DNA of 63,579 bases, filler included, from Octopus bimaculoides (taxonomy: Eukaryota), in assembly GCF_001194135.2 (NCBI RefSeq). It is 5 parts of 5 records of this genome, joined end to end, with 100 filler letters (N's around TTAATTAATTAA, not from the genome) between each part and the next. Parts side by side here need not be neighbours in the genome. Positions count along the whole stretch, not along the records: positions 1 to 27,566 come from NC_069006.1; positions 27,667 to 40,516 come from NC_069001.1; 3 more parts are not named here. The stretch is one strand, 5' to 3'. Below the pieces are notes generated by a model. The model made no database searches and was not told where the DNA came from. It was given only the letters and a program-made list of their open reading frames with translations. The position numbers and the translations under genes were made by a program. Within the stretch, counting starts at the first letter, position 1. The number at the start of each line of letters is the position of its first letter. This document shows positions 22,494-35,126 of this stretch, one piece after another.

Positions 22494-23317
22494 CAGTGGT
22501 TCTCAACTATTTTTTGCCTATGGACCCCTTTTGTTCCTAGAGAAGAGGAGGCCTCAGAGCCATTTGATGTCTAAAAACTCATATCTTTATGACTTGTTGA
22601 CGTTATCTCTACAGATTTTTCTATAGAAAATCATTTAGCCCTTTCGATACCAACCCTGCCTGAAACCGGCTCTGGTTCTGTAGTACAAATGTCTTGTTTT
22701 CATAAGTTTTGAATTAAAATCTTCCACCAAACCTTAGTCACAATTTATGGTCCTAACACCAGCTGAATGATAACTAAGTTATTTTACTAAATTCTTTGTT
22801 ATATTTAAAATTAACTGAAAGAAACACAGAGCATCTCAAGATAAATACGCTAACGAAAGGGTTAAAATATATAATAGAGAAACAATTCTTAACCCTTTTG
22901 ATACCAACCTGGCTGAAACCACCTTTGGCTCTCTAGTACAAATATCTCGTTTTTATAAGTTTTGAATTAAAGTCTTCCACCAAACCTTAGTCACAATTTA
23001 TGTTCCTAACACCAGCTGAATGATAACTAAGTTATTTTACTAAATTCTTTGTTATATTTAAAGTAATTGAAAGAAACGCAGAGCATCTCAAAATAAATAC
23101 AGTAACAAAAAGGTTGATATATTTTGTAGTATGTTATGGTTGCACGATGAAATACAGAGTCCCTACAGGTCACTTATATTTTAATGGTTAAAGATTATTA
23201 GGAATTGTATTAAAAAAGAAGTGTTGAAATATTTTTTGTTTTGTAGAAGTATAATGAATTTATTGCACATAAACATTGACGACAAAATCTTAAATGACCC
23301 TCTGTTGAGAACCATTG
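22494..23317. mobile_element. hAT MITE with 14-bp TIRs and a perfect TSD CTCTATAT
   Basis: CAGTGGTTCTCAAC ... GTTGAGAACCATTG. CTCTATAT lies at 22486-22493 and 23318-23325. Confidence 0.88.
22639..23113. mobile_element. Two tandem ~222-bp piggyBac-like MITEs (22639-22861 and 22893-23113) nested in the hAT MITE
   Basis: CCCTTT...AAAGGG ends with TTAA-like flanks. The two copies are about 90% identical by eye. Confidence 0.75.
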
Positions 23318-23581
23318 CTCTATATGGTTATTCTGTGTGAACGAGGTGGTATCACAATGTTCCCAAACTAGTTCTGTAGTGTGCCAACAGATGGCAGCAC
23401 ATTGGTTGCGTGTGTAGTGAGAGCTAGCAGTGACCTCTATGAGTGACATCGCTGTGACATGCATCTGAAGAAGGCCAGCCTTGCTTAATTTGAAATACTT
23501 GGTTAGCAGATGTTTTGAACCTGGCTACTGGCACAACAGACTAATTAGTCCCTTGATTACAGTCTTTCTTACAATCAACAC

Positions 23582-24510
23582 CTGGCGACAAAGGGACTCT
23601 CACTCAGAGTAAAAGGCAGACTGTATGACGCATGCGTACGAACAACCATGCTACATGGCAGTGAAACATGGGCTGTAACTGCTGAGGACATACGTAAGCT
23701 CGCAAGGAATGAAGCCAGTATGCTCCGTTGGATGTGTAATGTCAATGTGAATACCCGTCAGAGTGTAAGTATCTTGAGAGAAAAGCTGAACATTAGAAGC
23801 ATCAGTTGTGGCGTGCAAGAGAGACGATTGCGCTGGTATGGACATGTGGTGAGAATGGAGGAGGATAGCTGCGTGAAAAAGTGCCACACCCTAACAGTTN
23901 NNNNNNNNNNNNNNNNNNNNNNNNNNNNNNNNNNNNNNNNNNNNNNNNNNNNNNNNNNNNNNNNNNNNNNNNNNNNNNNNNNNNNNNNNNNNNNNNNNNN
24001 NNNNNNNNNNNNNNNNNNNNNNNNNNNNNNNNNNNNNNNNNNNNNNNNNNNNNNNNNNNNNNNNNNNNNNNNNNNNNNNNNNNNNNNNNNNNNNNNNNNN
24101 NNNNNNNNNNNNNNNNNNNNNNNNNNNNNNNNNNNNNNNNNNNNNNNNNNNNNNNNNNNNNNNNNNNNNNNNNNNNNNNNNNNNNNNNNNNNNNNNNNNN
24201 NNNNNNNNNNNNNNNNNNNNNNNNNNNNNNNNNNNNNNNNNNNNNNNNNNNNNNNNNNNNNNNNNNNNNNNNNNNNNNNNNNNNNAAAAGACACCATTTC
24301 GAGCGTGGCCGTTTTCGTGCGGGTGACACGTAAAAGCACCCACTACACTCTCTGAGTGGTTGGCGTTAGGAAGGGCATCCAGCTGTAGAAACTCTGCCAA
24401 ATCAGACTGGAGCCTGGTGTTGCCATCCGGTTTCACCAGTCCTCAGTCAAATCGTCCAACCCATGCTAGCATGGAAAGCGGACGTTAAACGATGATGATG
24501 ATGATGATGA
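23582..24510 (+). mobile_element. 5'-truncated copy of the same RTE LINE (RT C-terminus, gap, 3' tail with (GAT)n) in an XRN1 intron
   Basis: ORF 23648 (MLHGSETWA...RLRWYGHV) aligns to 43379-43735. Segment 24286-24510 matches the LINE 3'UTR. Confidence 0.9.
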
Positions 24511-24730
24511 GGACCAGTGGCATAACTAACAGGAGGGCAAGGGGAGCAGTCACTACCCCCAGGTACATCTTCCAAAATCGGTGCCTTTTCAACAATTTTT
24601 CCTTATTCTTTAGTTACCTCTATCAATAGTTGTAACTTTCATCCATAATGACATTGTTACTAGAACACGAAATTAATGAATGTAGAATACAATTAAGTAT
24701 ATGATAACTAATGAAATATTTCTTGTAATA

Positions 24731-24963
24731 TAGGGTGTTCCAAAAGTCTCTCCGCAGTAAATATTTAATTTTTGGGCGATTCTTGTACACTGATCCTTTA
24801 CTTACTCCCCAGAAAAAAATGTCTAGCAGGGTTAAATCAGGTGATCTTGGTGACCAAAGTCCCTTCAAAATAATCCGTTCACCAAAAAAACTCTTGAAGT
24901 AGCGCCATGGTGATGCGTAGGATGAAAACAAATTCACTGCGGAGAGACTTTTTGAACACCCTG
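24731..24963 (-). mobile_element. Internally deleted Tc1/mariner element
   Basis: ~28-bp TIRs (AGGGTGTTCCAAAAGTCTCTCCGCAGT) with TA flanks. The minus strand encodes WSPRSPDLTLLDIFFWG...VY. Confidence 0.82.
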
Positions 24964-25197
24964 TATAAAGGAAGTGAGTTAAAAATGGTTTGGTATGTGT
25001 CACAGCACCTTTGCTTTTATGTGCTGGCTCTGCCTAGCTCCAAGACTTGGCTATGCTTCTGCATAAAAGACCTAAAGTATTTGAAATCACTGACCTCCTT
25101 GAGTTGTGTGCTGCTGCTGTAGGAGCAAACAGGCATATGGTATTCTTCTTCAGTGATGGTCATGTATTATTATTGCTCAATGTAGAGTAAACTTTAA

Positions 25198-25384
25198 CCC
25201 TTTAGCATTCAAACCGACCATATCAGGGCCAAATATTCTTCCTGTTTTATATTTAGACTGACCAGATCCTGAGCCTCACACCCACCCTATAATGTCATTC
25301 TAAAAATAAACAATCAAGTCAGCAAAATCTCAGAGCTACAAAATAAATGAATGATTGATGCTAATCAATGTGAATGCTAAAGGG
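25198..25384. mobile_element. piggyBac-like MITE, TIR CCCTTTAGCATTCA, TTAA TSD
   Basis: Perfect 14-bp TIR with TTAA on both sides. A related copy lies at 11915-12293. Confidence 0.85.
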
Positions 25385-26427
25385 TTAACTCACCATGTCT
25401 GTGTGCTGAACAGCCAGTGTCATATTTTGGAGGCTTCTGCATCCTAGTTGAAGGGGTAGATAACCCAGCTGCANNNNNNNNNNNNNNNNNNNNNNNNNNN
25501 NNNNNNNNNNNNNNNNNNNNNNNNNNNNNNNNNNNNNNNNNNNNNNNNNNNNNNNNNNNNNNNNNNNNNNNNNNNNNNNNNNNNNNNNNNNNNNNNNNNN
25601 NNNNNNNNNNNNNNNNNNNNNNNNNNNNNNNNNNNNNNNNNNNNNNNNNNNNNNNNNNNNNNNNNNNNNNNNNNNNNNNNNNNNNNNNNNNNNNNNNNNN
25701 NNNNNNNNNNNNNNNNNNNNNNNNNNNNNNNNNNNNNNNNNNNNNNNNNNNNNNNNNNNNNNNNNNNNNNNNNNNNNNNNNNNNNNNNNNNNNNNNNNNN
25801 NNNNNNNNNNNNNNNNNNNNNNNNNNNNNNNNNNNNNNNNNNNNNNNNNNNNNNNNNNNNNNNNNNNNNNNNNNNNNNNNNNNNNNNNNNNNNNNNNNNN
25901 NNNNNNNNNNNNNNNNNNNNNNNNNNNNNNNNNNNNNNNNNNNNNNNNNNNNNNNNNNNNNNNNNNNNNNNNNNNNNNNNNNNNNNNNNNNNNNNNNNNN
26001 NNNNNNNNNNNNNNNNNNNNNNNNNNNNNNNNNNNNNNNNNNNNNTATATATATATATATATATATTCTTAAAGAATAAAAAGTTTAGGAAGGTATAACA
26101 ATGCAATATAGAACAAACAATGGTCTGTATACCTGTTGTAACTTGGTAAACTGTAGTCCGATGATATTTTGGAATTAGAATTCCTTCTTCAGGTCTTATT
26201 TGCTGGAGTCTCTGCTATAAACTATATATATGTGGTCTACACTCTCTGAGTGGTTGGCGTTAGGAAGGGCATCCAGCTGTAGAAACTCTGCCAAATTAGA
26301 TTGGAGCCTGGTGTAGCCATCTGGTTGCACCAGTCCTCAGTCAAATCGTCCAACGCATGCTAGCATGGAAGGCGGACGTTAAACGATGATGATGATGATA
26401 TATATATATATACACACACATACACAT

Positions 26428-26678
26428 GGGGGGGGGTGCAAAAGTAGGTATACAATAAGTATCACATCAATGTTATATAGTACTTAATTCATTAAAATTA
26501 ATTAGCACATTAAACTAGTCAGCCTCATTTTTGATATTTTCAGTGTCATTATTAATCTTAATAATACATTGATCATAACTACGATAATACTTTTATCGCA
26601 GCTTATAATTTATTTTGATAAAAATAAACGAGTATTTTCTTTTTTTCAAAACTGTATACCTACTTTTGCACACCCCTC
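26428..26678. mobile_element. Tc1/mariner-type MITE
   Basis: Perfect 19-bp IR GTGCAAAAGTAGGTATACA at 26436-26454 and 26653-26671. Confidence 0.75.
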
Positions 26679-27257
26679 ACCCATTTATTGCACTTGGTAA
26701 AAACACTAGTGTAATAGTAATTGGGTATCCTTCCGGCAGTATATTGGATAGATATTATCCATTAGTGGGTTGGATTCACAACCCCTAACTTTCTTGGATG
26801 ATATATATATATATATATATATTATTTCTTTTTGTTGACTTGAGTTATTATAAAATCAAGTTTAACATCAAGCTAAAGATTTAATCAATACTTTTTAACG
26901 GAGTACATTTTTCTTATACTGTCCATAAATCATCTTCCACATTTGAACTTGTAAATGTAATCTATGGACACCTTGTACTTTTACAAGGGGTGACAGTAAC
27001 TTTGAAGTTTCAGCCTGTTAACCTTTGTCAGAAAGTCCAATGAAAGCTAGCAGCCCAAAACTTATTCTCATCCCTCTTCTTCTTCATCATCATCATCATC
27101 ATTGTCTTTGTGATTATTGATTGTCCATTCTCCATGCTGGCATGGGTTGGATGGCTTGACAAGAACTGGCGAGTCAGAAGACTGCACGAAGCTCTGCTGT
27201 CTGCTTGTAAATATATGATTGTGTGTGTGCTCGTGTATGTGTATATTAAAATGTAAT

Positions 27258-27566
27258 AACAGTGACATGCAAGAGGCACCTGTGCCAGTGACATGCAAGC
27301 AGCACCTGAGCCAGTGACATGGGAATAGCACCCATGCCAGTGACATGCGAGAGGCATCTGTGCCAGTGACATGCGAGTAGCACCGGTGCCAGTGGCATGC
27401 GAGTAGCACCGGTACCAGTGGTATGTGAGAGGCACCCGTGCCAGTGACATGCAAGTGGCACCCGTGCCAGTGACATGTGAAAGGCACCCGTGCCAATGAC
27501 ATGCAAGTGGCACCGGTGTCAGTGACATGTGAGAGGCACCTCTGCCAGTAACATGCAAGACGCCCC
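27258..27566. repeat. 26-bp minisatellite, about 12 diverged units (GTGCCAGTGACATGCAAGAGGCACCT), running into a gap
   Basis: Unit period read directly from the sequence; the ORF translation repeats every 26 aa (3 units). Confidence 0.9.
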
Positions 27567-27666
27567 NNNNNNNNNNNNNNNNNNNNNNNNNNNNNNNNNN
27601 NNNNNNNNNNTTAATTAATTAANNNNNNNNNNNNNNNNNNNNNNNNNNNNNNNNNNNNNNNNNNNN
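27567..27666. other. Artificial scaffold linker N44-TTAATTAATTAA-N44
   Basis: Exactly 100 bp with a stop codon in all six frames. An identical structure occurs four times in the window. Confidence 0.95.
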
Positions 27667-28395
27667 TGAACTCAGTGCATAAATGTGGACAACATTTCGC
27701 TACGCATCTTGTACGGCATGCTAAAGATTCTTCTAGCTCGCACCACCTCGTAACAATAACGACATCGACAATAATAATGGACTTAAATTTTGTCACAACG
27801 TCAGCAAATTGATTGTGGAGAAAGAGAGTACATCGTAGCCAGTAATCAACTTGTAATTATTTTATCAGCATGAAAAGGCCGAAGTGGGGGGGGGGTCAAA
27901 CTGAGCGGAATATGATATCGGAAAATAAAGAAAAACAGAATGCTGTTAAGCCCTTGGCCTGGCGTCATAACGATTCTGACAGCTCGCTGCCTGAAATTGA
28001 AACAGAAATACGGATCGTAGTTTTGAATTTATGTCGTATTTGAAATCCAATACAATATATTATTTGATTCTATGATAGAGGGGCTCTCATTACAATACGA
28101 GATTCTCAGTTCTTTTCAAAGGACTCATAATAGGTTTACAGGTCTACGCCATGAGAGAGTAACAGGGAGCAGAAAATTTATTAGATAAGTTTTTCATCAT
28201 GATAAGCTAGGCATCAATTTCCCCTCCCTCTTTCATAGTCACTTTCTCTTTCACATTCTCTCTCATTCTCTGAGTGGGTGTGTGCGTGTGTGATACATTT
28301 ATATGACGTGGTGTGAATTTATGGAAATAAATCCCATACAACTCAACGATTTATTTAAAAATGAAGAAGAGAAGTTGTTTATATATATATATATA

Positions 28396-28560
28396 TAGTT
28401 GGAATTTACAAAAATAAAAAACACAACAAAATACGAAGACGGGTGTGTAAACAACAAAACAGATGCATTAGTTTAACGCTCGGGAAGTGAGAAAGTCTTT
28501 TACGTTTCGAGCTTACGCACTTCAACAGAAAGGAACACCGAAATAAGCAGAGAGAAAATA
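28396..28560 (-). mobile_element. Probable pseudo-LTR of a second Penelope-like family with a hammerhead-like motif (28497-28532); truncated sibling at ~21159-21280
   Basis: The minus strand reads CTTT-CTGTTGA-A-GTGC(GTAA)GCTC-GAAAC-GT-A-AAAG. The two copies align with each other and abut (TA)n. The family assignment is inferred from this architecture. Confidence 0.55.
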
Positions 28561-28580
28561 TGTATGTATGTATGTATATG

Positions 28581-28652
<72 letters not shown>

Positions 28653-29460
28653 TATACACATCTATTTGACTGCGGAATATGTTTACCTTTCGTTTCTCTC
28701 TATATATACCCGTATATATATCTACATAAACCTACATGTGTATGTATGTATGTATATTTTTATATAGATCAAGCCTAATTGTGTTTATCTGTATTAGCAT
28801 ATTTCTTCCCCTATCTCTCACTGTCCTTCTCTCCCTCTATCTCTCTCTGTCTATATATATGTATATACACCCACCCACATACAAACACACACGTTCACAC
28901 GTATACAGAAACATATATAGACATACATGTGTATATATATATATATATATATACATATATGTATACAATCACACACACACACACACATGTTTTTTAATAT
29001 GTATGTATTATTCACTGAAGATTTGTATTAAGTCTGTCTGCATTATACCNNNNNNNNNNNNNNNNNNNNNNNNNNNNNNNNNNNNNNNNNNNNNNNNNNN
29101 NNNNNNNNNNNNNNNNNNNNNNNNNNNNNNNNNNNNNNNNNNNNNNNNNNNNNNNNNNNNNNNNNNNNNNNNNNNNNNNNNNNNNNNNNNNNNNNNNNNN
29201 NNNNNNNNNNNNNNNNNNNNNNNNNNNNNNNNNNNNNNNNNNNNNNNNNNNNNNNNNNNNNNNNNNNNNNNNNNNNNNNNNNNNNNNNNNNNNNNNNNNN
29301 NNNNNNNNNNNNNNNNNNNNNNNNNNNNNNNNNNNNNNNNNNNNNNNNNNNNNNNNNNNNNNNNNNNNNNNNNNNNNNNNNNNNNNNNNNNNNNNNNNNN
29401 NNNNNNNNNNNNNNNNNNNNNNNNNNNTATATATATACATACTTACATAAATAGATATTC

Positions 29461-29499
<39 letters not shown>

Positions 29500-29851
29500 C
29501 GTGTGTATTTATATACATACATATATATACGTATATACATATACACCTACTCTCGCATACATTCACATCCTTAGACACAAACGTAGTGCGTGCAGTGTTT
29601 ACAGGTCAATTCTTAACATCACATTAAACTCTAATTTTCGGTTACTTCAACGGAATGAGAAGAGAACGTACGCTATTGCATAAGTTTATAATTGGTTATA
29701 AATAACGCTAAGAGCAAAACGTCTTACATAAAGATACACGCCTCATAGATACACGTATGGATGCGTAGAGAGATATATGTGTGCGTGTGTGTTTACTTAT
29801 ATGCATATATATATATATTGATACATATGTGTAAATATATGTATATATGCT

Positions 29852-29895
<44 letters not shown>

Positions 29896-31689
29896 TATAT
29901 AACGTATGTATGTATATGACATTTCTAAATTGTAAACAACAAGGAAATTTTAAAGTACAGGCACAGTTCTGACCTTATGCAGGCACTTCATAATATTTTC
30001 TTCATTCTAAGGCGGAAAAGTTTTTCGAAATAATGATTGTGCGTGCAAGAAAGGTTAAACGATCATACGTATGTTATTGATTATCAACAGAGATGACTCT
30101 TTAGTCGCTGAATGCGTAATTACTCTTATATCTGTAGGGTGAAAGAATAGATGAGAAACTAATATGAATAGACGAATAGTAACAATAATAATAATAATAA
30201 TTAATAATAATAAAAATAAATTATTAATAATTCATAATAATATAAATAATAATAATAATAATAATAATAACAATAATATGAACATTAACAATGACACCGA
30301 CAGAAAAAAATCAATACAAAATGATAATTTTTTGCAAATTTTCCATAAATGCAGCAATTTTTAAGGAGTGGATGAATCGATTACATCGACCCCAATGTTG
30401 AACTGCTACTTATTTCAATCGACCCTGAAAGGATGAGAGGTAAAAGTCGACCTTGGAATCATTTGAACTCAGAACGTAGCGATGGGTGAAATACTGCTAA
30501 GCATTTCGTCCGACGCGCTAACCATTATGCCACCTCACCGCCAAATGATAATAATAATAATAATAATAATAATTGTTTCAGATTTTGTCACAGGAGCAAA
30601 TTTTTGCTTGCGGTGATGAGCCGATTACCTCGATCCAGTGTTCAACTGGTACTTATTGTATCGGCTACCAAAAGAGGAAAAGCAAATCTACCTTGGCGGA
30701 ATTTGAACTAAGAACGTAGCGACTGGCGAAATAACGCTAAGCATTTAGTCCGACGCGCTAACGATGGCTCTCCTGATACTGGATGACCTGTACTGATATT
30801 CGAGGAAACTCACTGTCCAAGATCTGCCCCGACACCACAGGTCTACACATAGAGAGGTAGCATCAACTCTATCATTTTCGTAACTTTCGACCATCTTGCA
30901 ATAAACTCACTCGAAGACATCCTCAAATAATAATAATAATAATAATAATCCATTCTACTATAGGCACAAGGCCCGACATTTTGAAAGAAGGGCTAGTCGA
31001 TTAAATCGACCTTAGTACGCAACTGGTACATATTTTAGCGATCCTGACAAGATGAAGGGCAGAGCACACCTTGAGGGAATTTGAACATAAAACATGGACG
31101 AAATGCCACTAATAAATCTGCTAACTCACTGCCGATGTGATGGTGATGATGATGATGATGATGACGATGAGGATGATGAGGATTATGCTTACAACAACAA
31201 TAATGATAATAATAGCAACAAGAATAATAACAATAATCAAGATCTTTTAAATTGCGTAAATAGATAGAAGTTCTGAAGTCTATTCTCGTGGGAAGGTAAG
31301 AGGAGGAAACAAATCGTGTGTAATGTTGTAAGCATTGCCTAGACGAAGATGATGATGATGATGATCATCATGATCAAAATTAAATCAGATCTTTATGATG
31401 ATGATGGTGATGACGGTGATGCATTACGATTTGATATATTTGTGAGATGGCAAAAAAATAAAAATAATAATAATAATAATAATTTGAAAAGCAGAATCAC
31501 TTCAAGTTCTCCAAAGTGAAACCTTGAAGAATGGTTATGTAAATTTCGAGAGAGAAAAAAAGTAAGAGAAAGACGAAGGTGACGAGAGAGGAAGCTCCAA
31601 TAAGGAGAGAGAGAGAGAGATGGCTTGTAAATAAAAGATAGACAGAAGAAAAAGAGAGGAAGGGGAGAACGAAGACGCAGGAGAGTGGA

Positions 31690-32740
31690 GAGTTTAAAGA
31701 AGATGGTGCGGGGTGGTTTGTGAATGAAGGTGGGGTGGTTCTACGTAGGTTAGTAAGAAGTGGTGGGTGGGCGGTAGTGGGGATGGAATTGGTTGATATG
31801 GGTTAGGGAGGTGAGGCGGAGAATGAGACAGAGAATGTGTGGGAGTTGTTGTCAAGGGAGGTAGAAGGAGAAGGGGGATGGTGACAAAGTAGCATGCAGA
31901 TGAGGGTGATGATGGGGATGATGACAATCATGTAGAATATAATGATGATGGGGATGATGTAGAATATGATGATGATGATGATGATCATGATCATGACGAT
32001 ATAGAATATGATGATGATGACTGCGATGATGATGAGAGAGGGGGTTGACAACAAAGAGGATGGTGTGATGACGATGATGATGATGATCATCATCATCATC
32101 ATGATAATTATGATGACGACGACTATGAAGAGGATGTTGCTGTGGGGGATGACCATGATGACAATGGTAACGATGCTGACGACAGATGCGAAGAAGCAAG
32201 AGGCGGAATAGGGGAAGTCGACAATGACGAAGAAATCGGCGATGATGCTGATGAGGGTCTGAATGATTATAATGATGTTGATGATGGTGATGATGCTGCT
32301 GCTGATGATGATGACGACCATAGGGATCATAAAGAAGAGGACGATGATGGCAATGATGATAATGATGCTTAAGATGAATATGGCGGTGATGGTACTGTTG
32401 ATGGCGATGGTGATGATGATGAAGAGGACGAAGTGGAGTATGGAAGCTAGGATGATGGCGCTTATGTTCATGATAATGGTACTGCTGATGAGGATGATAA
32501 TGATAATGTTCATCACAATCTTTATGATACTGGTAATTGCAATGATGACGATGATGAGGAAGAATGATGATGATGTTTGTAGGGGTAATGATGACAATGA
32601 TAATGGTGGTGTTGGTGGTGGGGGGTGATGGGGACAATGACCATGACATTCATGATGACAAAGATGACAACGACGATGGACCATCGCATCCTCGACCACA
32701 ACCAAATTGATGACGACGATGACGGTGCAATCAATTAGCG
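31690..32740. repeat. Cryptically simple (GAT/GAC/GGT)n low-complexity tract
   Basis: Degenerate trinucleotide runs with frequent phase shifts. Confidence 0.85.
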
Positions 32741-33048
32741 CAATTTTCTTAGCGAAGGAAAATAGAATGGAAAAAACAAAAAATATTTGTGGAAAAAGAA
32801 GAAAAGGAAGAACGAGAATTAATTGAAGAAAGAATAAAATGAAAAGAGAATAAAAGAGTGAAATGAGGAGGTATTTGTAAATGAGGGGTTACTGACTGGA
32901 TCCCTGGAGGTTGAGAAGATATCATAAGAAAAGTATGCAAGGAAAAGTGAAAGGTGAAAGGAAGAGTAGGCAGAAAGAGAAGGTAGGGTCTGTTTGTTGT
33001 ATACAGATATATTCATATATATTTATGTGTATCTATACATGGAAACAT

Positions 33049-33171
33049 ATAGATAGATAAATAGATAGATAAATAGATAGATAAATAGATAGATAAATAG
33101 ATAGATAAATAGATAAATAGATAAATAGATAGATAGATAGATGTTCATCTATATTTCATTCTCTCTGTAGA

Positions 33172-33203
<32 letters not shown>

Positions 33204-33223
33204 CATACATATTTATACATACA

Positions 33224-33320
<97 letters not shown>
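33049..33320. repeat. (GATA/AATA)n followed by a long (TA)n microsatellite
   Basis: Directly visible. Confidence 0.95.
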
Positions 33321-33321
<1 letters not shown>

Positions 33322-33329
33322 ATAGCAGG

Positions 33330-34155
33330 AACGGGAGCAACTGTTGCTGCAGATATCTCTGCAATAGGTGCTGCTATTGCTGTTAGAAGTGCAGTAACTG
33401 CAACAATACACGTGATGGTGTCGGTTAGATCTGGTAGTGTTGTAGTGGCGCTGGTACTACTGCTACTACTACTACTACTACTACTACTAGTAGTGGTAGT
33501 AGTAGTATTTGCAGTGGTAGTAGCAGCAGCAGGAGCTGTAGTAGTAGTAGTAGTGGCGTTAGTAGTTGCAGTGATACTCCTAATAGCATTAATGTTAGTG
33601 GCGCGTGGGCGTTGATGGTTATATTTGTAATGGCGGTAGTAGTAGAAATAACAGTAAAAGGTCTAGTAGTTGTGGTGTCGTTGGTACTTTTGTTGTTTCT
33701 TGTAGAAGCGTTACTAGTAGTACTATTATACTAGTAGTATTATGCGAGTAGTTGTAGCAGCAGCAGTAGCGATACTACGACTGATACCACTACTACTACT
33801 ACTGCTACTGCTGCTGCTGCTGCTAGTAGAAGCGGCTGAGGTAGTAGTACCAATATCTCCATTAGTGTTAAGTAGTGTGTATGCAGCGGAGTCGATGGTC
33901 TTTGCTGTTGCTGGTCGTCATGGTGGTGACGGTAGAGGTGGTGGTGAAGGTAGACGTGGTGCTGGGGTGTGGATGGTAGATGTGGTGTAGTTGGTGGTGG
34001 TGGTGGTGTTGATGGTGGTAGAGGTTCTAGTGTTAGTATGTAGTGGTAGTAGAAATAGCAATATCATTGGTGGCTGCGGCAACGGTCATGATGACGGGAA
34101 AAGGCTGCAGCAGTAGTAGAAGATTGGGGTAGTAGTAGTAGTAGTAGTAGTAGTA
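33330..34155. repeat. Cryptically simple (GTA/GCA/CTA)n tract
   Basis: Degenerate trinucleotide runs with phase shifts. Confidence 0.8.
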
Positions 34156-34793
34156 TCATATACATCTACCATTTCTTGAAGCCAAACTGCAGGTTTCTCT
34201 TTAGATGTAGCAATGTGAGAATAGAAGAATCACTCATACATCGTTTCTGAGCCTGCGAGAAAGAGATATTGGTATCTGAGAAAATTTAACTGGCCAGGTA
34301 CGGTGGTAAAAAAGTTGCAATATATGTGCTTGCATGCACACGTATATGTACACAGATATATGTATGTATATGTACAGGCGTAAGTACATACTTGCATAAT
34401 ACATACACACACAAACACATATACATGCACACACACACACACACCTATATACATATGCTTACGTATCCACACAGCTATACATACACAGGTATATTGCGGT
34501 GCTTTATCACAAATATATCCTTCTAGATTCTTTAAGTTACATATCCCGAGTATAGATTCTTTTTTTTTTAATTTTTTGTTGTCAAGACTTAACTGGTCTC
34601 ACAGATATCTCTAATTTTCGAAAGTTGAGATAGAAAGACGTGTAGCTAATCTACAACTGTCTTGCTTCTATCACAACTTTTGAAAATCAGAAAAATCTGT
34701 GAAACCGGATAAATCTATAACAACAATTCAAAACAGAATATCTAAACAAATCCCATTGCATCTTGAACTTCTTTTTTTCTATATTTCTACCTG

Positions 34794-34868
<75 letters not shown>

Positions 34869-35052
34869 ATATGTGTGTGTGTGTGTGTGTGTTTGTATAT
34901 ATATATATGTATATATGTATATATACACACATATATACCATATATACATATAGATACACACACATTTATATGTATATATACACATGCATACCATATATAC
35001 ATATAATTACACACACATTTTTATATATATATATGTGTGTGTGTGTATGTTC

Positions 35053-35126
<74 letters not shown>

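Noticed and set aside
25038-25190. 50-codon open frame after an AG (LQDLAMLLHKRPKVFEITDLL...) as the next XRN1 exon
   Set aside because: No similarity to the expected GY.N..G.L sequence, wrong phase after the phase-1 donor at 22337, and a weak acceptor.
27028-27558. Cys/His-rich repetitive ORFs as a metallothionein or zinc-finger gene
   Set aside because: They are simply the 26-bp minisatellite read in rotating frames, with no splice signals.
27258-27566. CRISPR-like array
   Set aside because: The units are contiguous with no unique spacers, the context is eukaryotic, and there are no cas genes.
27611-27622. TTAATTAATTAA as a biological motif (homeodomain or PacI-like site)
   Set aside because: It is always centred in exactly 44+44 Ns, so it is an artificial six-frame-stop spacer.
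31803-32705. 300-aa Ile-rich 'membrane protein' and 265-aa His-rich ORFs
   Set aside because: They arise from a degenerate (GAT)n tract that is open in several frames on both strands, with no domain or splice support.
33330-34155. Thr/Ser-rich mucin-like coding region on the minus strand
   Set aside because: The Thr/Ser-rich phase shifts frame repeatedly and hits stops, as expected for cryptic simple sequence.
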